DNA of 64,000 nt from Chlorokybus atmophyticus (lineage: Eukaryota > Plantae > Mesostigma and Chlorokybus algae): contig RHPI01003389.1 in assembly GCA_009103225.1 (NCBI GenBank), positions 496,001 to 560,000 of the forward strand, in the 5' to 3' direction. The notes under the pieces were generated by a model. The model made no database searches, had not been told where the DNA came from, and was given only the letters and a program-made list of their open reading frames with translations. How positions within the stretch are numbered: the stretch's first letter is position 1; each line of letters opens with the position of its first letter. This document shows positions 50,401 through 61,300 of the stretch, one piece after another. Made by a program: the position numbers and the translations under genes.

Positions 50401-53400
50401 TGCTAGCTGCTCTGCTTCATCCGACACCGCTCTGGCCATTTCCATCCGTGCAACACGAGCCTGTAAATAGACACACGCACATGACTCATATGGTAATGGT
50501 ACACGCTCGTGTGCAAGCAACGCACCTGTGATTGTGCATTGACTGCAGTCAATCGCTGCACCTCCGCATCACTCTGCTCAAGCTGCCAAGCACAATATAT
50601 AAGCATGCACGCACGCTCTCACATCAATACACTTCAAGTCAACGAAGACTTGCCTCGAAGGCCCTCTGCGCAGACTCGGCCTGCATGTTCACAATCCGGG
50701 CCTAACCCAACGTAAGCATCACATCAAGTTACAACAACCATACTTCACACTCAGCAGCTTCAACAGAGCCTTGCTGCTCACCTGGAGAGAGGCAATATGT
50801 TGCTGCGTGCGCTCACTCTCGCCAGCTGTCACTTGCTGCTGCCTTTGCTCCAACAAAGCCTCCTCCAACTCTGCCATGCGCGCCTGACACACGCAAACAT
50901 GTCCAATACAACCACATGTACACGTGCAGACACACGCTGCGTAAACCCATGTGGTCATTACTCACCTTAAGCCCGGCGACTTTAGCCCGTAGTCCCGCAG
51001 CCGCAGCAACCTCGTCCTCATCCACCTCATCACCACCACCACCATGCTTGCGCCCCCTCTCCACCCGCTCCTCCTCCCGCTCCCTTTCGAGTCGCTGCAC
51101 CTCCCCCCACGCCTCCTCGATCTCCCGCTCGCGCGCACCCAGACGCGCACGCAGACCCTCCACCTCGTCCGCGTCCTCCTCAACACGCTTCGCCAACTGC
51201 GTGTGGATACACAAACACTCTTTGTGTGCCAACATTGAGCCGATGCTGATGCCTATAAACAACAAGTCATGCGCCTGCCTCTGTGCGGGCCTGGCGAAGG
51301 GACTTTCCCAGCGCGGCGGACTTCCTTTCCAGCTCGGCGATGCGGCGAGCGTCTTCGTCGGATGCTTGTTGGGACTCGGATTGGAGCCGCGTCACCTCGC
51401 TCTCCAAGCACCTGGCCTGGAAGCAGTCAAGCAGAGTGATGTGAAACCGTGGTTGTGAATGTGTGAGTGTGTGCGCGTGCACGTGTACATGCATACACGC
51501 ACGCACACACTCACCACCATCATCACTCTCGCTCACCCTATGCAGCGCCTCCTCCTGCGCCACCATAGCTCTTTCCACCGCCTCCTTGGCCTCCTTCACC
51601 TCCTCATGGTGGTGGTGGTTGTGGCTCCCTCCACCCGAGCTTTGCCCAAGCTCCGCCTTGATCGCGGCCACGTCGCGCGCGTGGCCCTCGCGCGCGGCCG
51701 CCAGGTCCGATGCGAGCCGGGACAGCTGAGAGGACTGGGCGGAGGACTGGGCGGTGAGGACGGCGAGGGACTGGTCCTTAGCACTGGGGACGGGAGGAGA
51801 GAGTGAGTGTTGTTTGTACACAATGCTGTGTATCAGTACGGGACGCGTCTTGTACGAAGTGTCATGCCGCGCACACACAATGCACATGTTGATGGCATCA
51901 GGTATTGAGTGCAGCCGTGTACAATGCATGCAATCTAGTAGCTGGAGAGTGCATGTCCTTTGGACGTGGTAAACATCCCGCACGCACCCCATAGCAACAA
52001 ACACGTACTGCATGCCTTTCGATGTATTGTAGTCCATGAGCAAAGGAGCAGTCTTGCCATACTCACCGCAATGCTGTCTTCATGGACGCCAGCTGCGCAT
52101 CCCTCCCCGCTCCCGCCTTCCGCAGCTGCTCTTCGCAGGCTGCCAGCCGCGCACTGAGCTCCAACACAACCACATCCTTCTCCTTGTCCTTGTCCACCTC
52201 CGCCCGCACCTTCGCAGCCTTGGCTCTGCCTGCTCTCGGTACCGCAGGCTTGCGCGAGGGCGGTCTGGCTTCCGAACTGCTGCCGCTGCGCCTGTCGGAC
52301 ACGGCTTCTTCTTCGCCCGCTTCACGCTCTCTGTCACGCTCCCTTTCGCTTTCCCTCTCATGTTGCAAAGCTTCCAGCTCTTCAACTCGCTTGAGAACCT
52401 TCTTCAGGTCCACATCTGCTGTGGGTCCTGGTGCCATGAATGCTGCGTGTTGCGTGCGTGTGGTTGTGATGTCGTTGTGTGAGTGGACCGCAGCATCTGG
52501 CTTGGCAGCGGGCGCAGTTAGAGGCCTCTCAGATGAAATGTCCACCAGGCGCTGCAATGTTGGTATGCAAACGGGCTTGAGTGTTGGAAGGCAAGATCAC
52601 TCATATGTCACACATGCATGCACGCACGGACAAGCATGCCAACATGTAAGCATGAGCGCACACACATGCGCATGTGCATGCGCACGCGCGCACACACAAA
52701 CAAACAAGCACATGCACACAGACAAAAATAGCCAACCCTCACGCACCTGAGGGATGTGGTCTTGCATAGCGGGTGCCATGAAGCTTGACGGCGGTGCTGC
52801 CAGCTGGATGATGACATACACAATACCGCTCAGCATATATGTACTGACAGCAACAGCATTGCTCTCTTCACCTCAGACTGAAGCCGCCTGGCTGCTGGCA
52901 GCGCTGCCGGTTTCACCAACACCTCCTGCCAAGAGTCCATTCCCCATCACAACATCCCCACGCAAAATTTACACATTCACAGATGCACTAGCATACCATA
53001 GTTTGTCCAGCATGAATCACGTGCGTGACATGCTCGCGCCGCCCCACACTGTTCACTTGTGGTGACGCCTCACGGACGACATCCGCACCGTCATCAGCAT
53101 TGTCCGCTGCGACGCGACCCTCCTGCAGCTGGCGGAGCGCCTGAGCCGCGTGGCGCTTGATCGTGAACAGGTGCTCGTCGGCCCAATCGGGAGTTGCCAT
53201 CTGTGCGGCGGGCAACGCATGCGTGGTCGGGTACTCTGCCCTGCACGCCCATATACAGGCATATGTGCACTGATGAAACTTTTGTTGACTTGCTGTAAGG
53301 AGTGTGAAGCAAGTCGTGCTATCATATCATGTGTGTGGTTGGTGATATACCATGCGGTTTACAGAGATATTAGGACTCTAAACACTAGATAGTGTTTAGA

Positions 53401-53886
53401 GTCCTAATATCTCTGTAGAAGGACACGCAAAGTGAGACACTGCCTGCGCGCCTGCAGTTTACAAGTTGTGTTGGCATGTTTAACAAGCATGTGGACATGT
53501 GTGCGTATGTACTCGTGGATGAGTCGGCGCTGGTTTTGCACAATCTGCGACACAATCTTCTGCTTGCGCCGCTGCCGCTCCAAATCCATCACCAAACGCC
53601 TGCCAAGCATGAGTCTTCAACACAAGAACAACAGCAACACGCACATGCACGCACGCGCACGCACATTGACACACACATACACACGTCCACATGCACACAC
53701 GCGCACGCGCACATACCTTCTTTCGCTGCTCTCAATTGCCAGCTGTCCCTGCAGCTCCTCAAGCGTGCCGCTGAGCGCCGCCACAGCCGCCGCGCCCGCC
53801 TCGCAAGACGAGTTGTTTACTGCTGCTGCTGCTGCTGCTGATGGTGATGGCTGCTGCTGGCGAGGATAGCGCTGCTCTCTCGACAT
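47428..53886 (-). CDS. Long multi-exon coiled-coil protein, family not recognised
   Basis: Many short E/R/Q/A-rich heptad exons (MSREQRYPRQQQ...LEELQGQLAIESSERR; LKKVLKRVEELEALQHERE; MEQTLAEKATANMSLQEEIGQLRGE; ...REAEWEDKLKRKQC) with GT-AG introns and one GC-AG intron. The 3' end is uncertain. Confidence 0.75.
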
Positions 53887-54710
53887 CGATGGGAGGCTGT
53901 ACTAGTTTGTTGTTGCTCGTCATCGGCTACCTTTTGCTGTTGCATGCACACGGATGTCTCCTTAATTCTTAAAACCAAGTCAAAGCACGCAACAGGCTAA
54001 GTAGCACATACCAGTGGAAGACCATAACTCAAACAAACAAACATCAAGTAGTAGTTCGTCAGAGCACACAGCGATTCCTTGATGATTGAGCTAACACAAC
54101 TTGACCATCACTGACTCCGCTGCATGGAACAGCTCACCAAGACCACAACCGGGAGAGTGTGACCTACCAACATTGTGTAGTACATATGCAAGATGTGCTG
54201 GAAATTACTATGTGACTTAGCAGTCTGTGACTTACCTGCTCATCACTGCACAAATAAACCATTCATGTACAGATTGGATCTACATACTGGCAATGCAGCA
54301 CAATCAGGTCAAGCTTTGGCAACCCTAAAGCCAAGTGTGGGCAGAACGACGCCAGTGTCTGTGGGGCTCCCTCTGTAGGCCACGGTGCCCTTACCTCCAG
54401 CAGCCGTCCCGCATGCCCGCAATTGATGTAAACTGTATGACATGGTTGTACATGCTGGCAACCATCCCGCCGCCGCCGCCGCCGCCGCTCGAGCAGACAA
54501 TGGGGTTAAGGTGGATTAAGCGACTGACTGTCAATTCAAACAGGCCGCAAACGCCCTGCCGTGCCAGCACCGCTTTGACCGCAGCGTGCATCGCCGTCTT
54601 CAACAGCATGTTAAGGACTCCTTAGATGTATAATAGGACCGTTGAGGTCGTTTTGAAATTTTATAGGCAAGATACATACAGTTGCGCAACACTCTATCAG
54701 TATATGGTCC

Positions 54711-54782
54711 GGGCAACTGGTCTAGTGGTATGATTCTCGCTTTGGGTGCGAGAGGTCCCGTGTTCGATTCACGGGTTGCCCC
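54711..54782 (+). tRNA. tRNA-Pro, anticodon UGG, intronless
   Basis: Cloverleaf: acceptor stem GGGCAAC/GTTGCCC, D-loop AGTGGT, anticodon arm CTCGC-TTTGGGT-GCGAG, T arm CCGTG-TTCGATT-CACGG; T-run terminator at 54806-54810. Confidence 0.97.
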
Positions 54783-54825
54783 CTACGTGACCACGTGACC
54801 ATCGCTTTTTCTTTGTCGCACCTTT

Positions 54826-54969
54826 GTGCGCCGGGACGCACAACTAGTGCGTCTGCGGCACCCGATGCAACCTTCAATGAGCTGCGCATCCTCACGTGTG
54901 CGCCGGGACGCACAACTAGTGCGTCTGCGGCACCCGATGCAACCTTCAATGAGCTGCGCATCCTCACGT
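54826..54969. repeat. Exact 2 x 72 bp tandem repeat, each unit with a GACGCAC-AACTA-GTGCGTC hairpin
   Basis: Units 54826-54897 and 54898-54969 are identical on reading. Confidence 0.92.
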
Positions 54970-55348
54970 GACGCCCTCGTTGCCGTCGCCTGCGACATGC
55001 GTGCATACAGTAAATTGGCCAAAACAATGTCTCTCCAACATGCTTATACTATGGATCCGAGGCGGCTGTCCTAGGCTAACACACAGGCTGTATACAGGCG
55101 CAGAATGGCATGCATGCACATAAACCCATCGAGAGATCAGTTCTACCGGAGCCTGAGGAGTGGTTGTGCTGTGCTGCCGCCTGCCTTGCCCCAATCCCTC
55201 TCTTGTGTGTGTTCAGAGTAGTAGAGTGAGCATGTTGGCAGTGAGCGTGGGGAAGCACAAGCAACATGGGTCACTGTTGACAACCTTGGGATAGTGATCG
55301 TGCTGGGCACAACAGCTATCTGTCTGCGTCCTCCTGTTTTGTGTTGCT

Positions 55349-58300
55349 ATGGACACCGACAACAGCATGCAAGATGCTTCAGGTATGTGCGTGTGCGCTA
55401 CTCTCCCAAGCAAATGGTCTGCAGCAGTTTTACTATGATTTTGCGCGCATATGAGTATCTGTTATTCACTGCATGACAGGCCAAGGGCGTGCGGTGCCTG
55501 TATCCGTGGCCGTGCGCCTTCGCCAGCGCGCCCACAGCAAGAAGAACAAGAAAGAGAAGCCTCCCTGCGTGGAGTGCTCACCGGACGCCGCCACCATCAT
55601 ATCCACGGGAGACGCCATCGCACGCAGCTCGTTCACGTTCGACTACGCGTTCAACCCAGAAACAATCACACAGGACATATTCCAAGTAAGTGGGCTTGCC
55701 ACATGCAACCCTCTATGACTACAGTGCCACAACTTGCAAACCGCCGCCACACGCCACACTGTGGCACGCGCGCACACGCACACGCACACGCACACGCACA
55801 CGCACATCTGTTGATGCCATCAGCCCATTGCTACAAGCCAAACCACTCTTACCATCTGTGCCTGTGGCTATGGCAGGCTTGTGTCCAGCCCCTCGTTGAG
55901 GCTTGCGTCAAGGACAACATTCATTCAGCTCTCCTCCTTCACGGTCCCGGCCGCATCAAGCGCGAGTTGGCTGGCCCCGATGGCCTCGCCGCTCTCGCCA
56001 TTGGCGCCGTGATGCAATCCGTGTCCGTGGGACTGATATCCTCCACCTGGTCCTCCTCTCCGTCCTCCTCGTCCTCCTCTAGATCCGTGCGGGCGAGCGC
56101 GGTGCGCGTGGCAGGACAGGAGATGAGTGATCTTGTATCTGGAGGGGGGCTGGATGGGGATGGGGCGGCGATAGCGCCAAGACCCAACGTGCCGGCTGTG
56201 AACTGGCCTGAGGGTGCGGAGGATGTTGTGGTGAAGGAAGCCAATGAGCTTATGGTGTTGTTTGACCGCGCCCTCGCCCTCCGCAAAGAGGTACAGCAGG
56301 ACCACTTTCACCAGCAGGTTCAGTGCACACAGACACTACCCCAGCAAGTCTGAGATGCATCTGACGTAGTAGTCCTCAAGCGGCGCACACGCACACAAGT
56401 GCATACACTCACGCACATGCACGCGCACACATTTACATAAAGGCGCACGCATGTGTGCGCGCACCGACAGACAGCACGTCACTTACCCTTCTCTCCGTGT
56501 GCACAGAAAGACACAAAAGAAGACAAGTCCTCCTCTGCACTGCTTCTGATAACAGTTCAAGTATGTTGATTGGCAGTACTGTAACTATGGCAAGTCAGCA
56601 GCCGCAACTCTCTGGTGTTGACTTGATGGTGTATAGGTGAGCAATGATGCCGGGACACGTGTTGGCACGCTGCTCATCGCCGACTTGGCAAGAAGGTGCG
56701 GGCATGAGGGTGCGATACAGTTTGCATATAACAGATGCCAATGTGTGCTCTCTGATTCCCTCTTTGCAGCGATTCTGAACCTGACAGCCACGACAACAAC
56801 ATGGCCGCCTTCAAAGACGTCATCAAACACCTGTCTGCCACGCGAAAAGCCACCACTGCCCCACCTTGTAAGCAGTTTATATCAATACTGTTACACGCAC
56901 ACACACACACACTCACCGCACGCTCAAACTCCCTCAGATGCGTCGTCCCCTCTCACTCTTCTTCTTTCCCACGCCCTTGGCGGTCCCTGCCGCACGCTGG
57001 TGCTGCTGCACGCCAACGCAGCGGCCAAGGCGCAGGCGGACACCATGGAACTACTGAGGTGAGGATTGAGAGTGCAGAAGAGTGTGACAGAGATAGAAGT
57101 GTGTGTGGGGGGGGTTGTGTTATTGAGTTCGTCGTGCTGTTTCAGGTTTTGTACCAGAGTCAAGCAGGTGATGAACTATCCGACTGTGAACGAGATCGCA
57201 AAGCAGGTAGGTTTGTGTTGATGTGCTGCAGTGAGCTTTCGTGTTGTTGTGTTTGAGCTGACTGTGCTGCGGCGATTGGTGAAGGTGCCTGCTCCGGGAG
57301 CGCTTGTGCCGTGCCCGATATGCACCGAGCCGCTCGATGAACAGGTGTGCATATGTGTACGTGTGTGTTTTTCTTTCTCTGAATGTGTGCGTGTTCGCGA
57401 GTGTATTATGTGATGGTGACTGACTGTTTTGGCTGTTGACAGGACATGCAGTTGACGCCCTGTGCGTGTGGTTACCGCCCCTGCCTCCTCTGCTTCGACA
57501 AGCTCATGACACAGGTAGCGTACCCAACACAAGCATCCAGGTGCTGCCGATGGCTATGTGTGCTCCTCTGATACCGACAATACTGCCACAGGGTGATGCG
57601 CGCTGCCCGTCCTGCCGCGCACCGTACGGCCTCCAACCCACGTTCAACGTCGACGCCAGCGATGTCGCGGAGAGGGCTAACCTCGTGCCGGAACGCATCC
57701 TGGACTCGCACCACCAGCAGGTGCAGTACAGTAGGGTACTCAGTTGACTACGTGCGTGTGCGCATGTACACATGTGTGTCTCCGTGCATACGTGCATGAC
57801 CCTCCTTGCTGTCCACAGGGCGTGACATACTACTTGCTAAAGTGGCGTGGGCTCAGCGATGCCGCGAGCACGTGGGAGCCCGAGGCTGCCGTGCGCGGCG
57901 GGACAGACGCCAGCACACTCATAGCCCAATACGAAGCCGCAAGAGCCGGTACGTTGTGGTTGGTAAAGTGTGTATGTGTCATGTTATACTGACTCGCACA
58001 CGTGCACACAGCCATGGTGCTTCAGCAGACCGGGAAGAAAGCCCCTCCTTCTCTCTACAACAGCGCCATCAACAACAACAACAATCCACACAACAACCAC
58101 CCGAGTGCAGTCTGGTACCCGCCCGAGCTCGCGGCAGTGAGCGCCATCAACCCGCACACGCTGCCACCGCAAGCATTCCACCATGGACCAATCTGGTAAG
58201 TGGTAGCTGAAGCCAACACAACATGGTATCAAACTGTTACACACATTTGTGTATGTGTGTGCAGGCGGCAGCCGGGTGCTCCCCCGAGCGCGATATCCGT

Positions 58301-61300
58301 ATCCGTGCTTCCACCAGCGCCGAGTGCTTTCATGCCTCCTCGCTCAGGTATCCACAATCAACACTACCCCAACAACACCAACACCCACGCCGCGCACGCT
58401 CTCCGGGTACAAGCCACATCCGGCTGGAGCAACATCGCCCCACCCAACCCCAACATGTATCAGACATCCATCATTGGCGGCACCATTCACAAGGTTGACG
58501 CATACGGTGGTGTTGGCGGAGGAGGAGGTGGGCCAGGTGGTAGCCGTGTGAAGGTGGATGACATCGATGACGGTGATGAAGAGGGTGGGAACGCGCGCAT
58601 ACTCACGGTGAAGAGAGCGATGCCCGCCTCGCTCACGGCGCCGTATAGAATAAGTCTCATGCTGCGGCTGGCGGCACTGATTGGATTTCTGTATTGGAGG
58701 ATTTCGAACCCAAACCCGGCGGCGTACGCGCTGTGGGGCATATCGGTCGCATGCGAGGTACGTGCGTGTGCGTGTGTACGGGCACGGATGTGGCAGTGTA
58801 TGCGTGCGTGCGCGAATGTGTGTGGCTTAGGCATGTATGCGACTGTATTTCCGCACCTTGTGACGCGTGCACTGCACGGGTCTATGAGTATGTGCGTTGC
58901 GCATGCTCACGCATGTGCAACGCACATACACGCACGCGTAAGCAAATTGACAGTGAGACACACTCTTTCTGCGTGACACACACACAGAAAGAGTGCATCT
59001 CTGTGCGTTTGTGTGCGCACATGTATGTCTCCGTCTGAATGTACATGTGGGCTTCAAACAGAGTGCTTGTTCCCAACCACTCCTTCCTTCTGCTCAACTC
59101 ATATCTCCCCTCCCCTGCCAGGTCTGGTTCGGCATGGCTTGGCTCCTCGACCAAGCCCCCAAGCTCTCCCCCGTCTACCGCGTGACCTACACGGACCGTC
59201 TCCCCCGCGACGCCTCCCTCCTCCCCGCCGTCGACATCGTCATCACCACCGCCGACCCGTCCAAAGAACCGCCCATCACGACCGCGAACACGGTGCTGTC
59301 GTGCATGGCGATGAGGTACCCGGCGGGGAAACTGGCGATATACGTCACGGATGACGCGGCGTCCAAGTGGGTGTTTGATACCATCGCGGAGACGGTGAGG
59401 TTTGCGAGGGTGTGGGTGCCGTTCGCGCATAGGTACAATGTGGAGCCGAGGGCGCCGGAGATGTACTTCAGCAACGTCAAAGGCGTACGCAGAGGAGGTG
59501 AGTTGCGTGCAAAAACTAGCATGACTGGCTCATATACTCACTGAGACACTGGCTGAGTCTCTCGCAGCAATACACCAATCCAAGCACGCACACCCACACA
59601 CTCACCCACCACCACACTCTCACCATCTCACACGCTCACTCTCACTCTTACTCTCTCACCCACACTGGACTCACTCGCTCACTCATCCACACGGTGGACC
59701 CACCCACTCACTCACTCTCTCACTCACTATGGTCTCACTCTCTGCATAACACTCCCCCACCCACCCACCCGACCCTCTCTCTCCCCCCCTGGCAGCCCCC
59801 TCTTCCCCCCGCGCCCGCGCCGAGCAGGACTCCGCCCGCCGCCTTGTCCACGCCGCCTACGACAAGTTCAAGTCCCGCGTCGCCGCTCTGGGCGAGCTCG
59901 CCAACGCCGCAGACAACAACGACTCCGACTACTACCAGGGGTGGCCGGGGAGGGACAGGAGGGACCACGACCCCATCGTGCAGGTGTTTCATCACCCGGG
60001 GGAGGATGAAGACAAGGACTGCGTGCTGCCGTATGTCGTGTACATCGCGCGTGAGAAGCGACTGGGATTCATGCACCACAAGAAGGTGCGTGCGTGTGGG
60101 CGTGTTGGTGTGCGCGTGCACGCAAGCTGCAGTTTGTGTGTACGCTTGTGTGTGTGGGTGACTTGCAAGCCCTTTACTCAACACACCCACCCCTACCCAT
60201 GCAGGCCGGTAGTGCCAACGCTGCGGTGCGCGCCTCCGCCCTCATCACCAACGGTCAGTTCCTGATGAACCTGGACTGCGACCACTACGTCCACAACAGC
60301 GACGCCCTCCGCGAGGCCATGTGCATCCTGCTCGACCCCGTCGTCGGAGACTCCATCGGGTACGTGCAGTTCCCGCAACGCTTCGACGCCATCGACAGAT
60401 CCGACAGGTGAGTCGGTGTTACCGTTGTTGTTGTTGTTGTTGTGTTGATGATAACTCTGTGGCACATCCACACTTGCAGATATGCCAACCACAACATTGT
60501 GTTCTACGAAGCCGGCATGAAAGGTCTCGACGGCGTGCAAGGACCGTTCTACATCGGCACAGGCTGCGTCTTCCGCCGAAAGGTGAGACACACACTGTGA
60601 CGCAACTTAACATACTGATCATGTCATCCCCCTACCCACACACACACACCTTGCAACAGGCCTTGTATGGTGCTACTCCCGACCACTTGCCCAAGTCTCG
60701 CGACTGCTTGTGTTGTTGTTGTTTCGGCGGCGGTCGTCGTCGCAAGGAGGAGGAGGAGCGTGCCAAGGCGAGGAAGAACGAGGCCGCCGCGCACGCCGCG
60801 GATGCGCACGTACTCGCTGCGGATCACCTCGCCATCGTACTCGCAAGCCGCACACGCGCAAACAACAACAGCAACTTCAACCAGGCGACACGCGTACCGA
60901 GCACAACGGCCAAAAGACTTGGACTCCTCCCGTCACTGGTCAGAAGGTACACACACACAACGTCACAACATTTGCGTGTCACACGCAATACGTGTGTATG
61001 TGCAAGCGTGCACATGTGTGCGTGTGTGTGCGTGCGCGTGCGCGCGTGTGCAGACGACATTGCATGCAGTCTTTCTGCAATACTGGGCGAGAACGCACGG
61101 CTCGACACGCACACGCACACGCATACGCACTCACACTCGCACTCTCTCCCCTCAGTGTCGCTCAAGTCGAGGGCAGCGCCCTCCCCAAGCCCTCCAAGCG
61201 CCGCTCCACCCTGGCCCCGATCCCCCCCCAGTCCCCTCGGACGGTGCTGACGGACGTCGCGACCGCCATCGCGTGCGACTACGAGGACCAGAGCGAGTGG

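Noticed and set aside
54826-54969. 72-bp repeat as a CRISPR array, tRNA copy or snoRNA
   Set aside because: No spacers, no cloverleaf or T-loop, no complete C/D or H/ACA box set.
57592-57948. Chromodomain as a recent retrotransposon insertion in an intron
   Set aside because: No LTR or integrase remnants nearby; the domain is split by an intron and both exons keep the frame.
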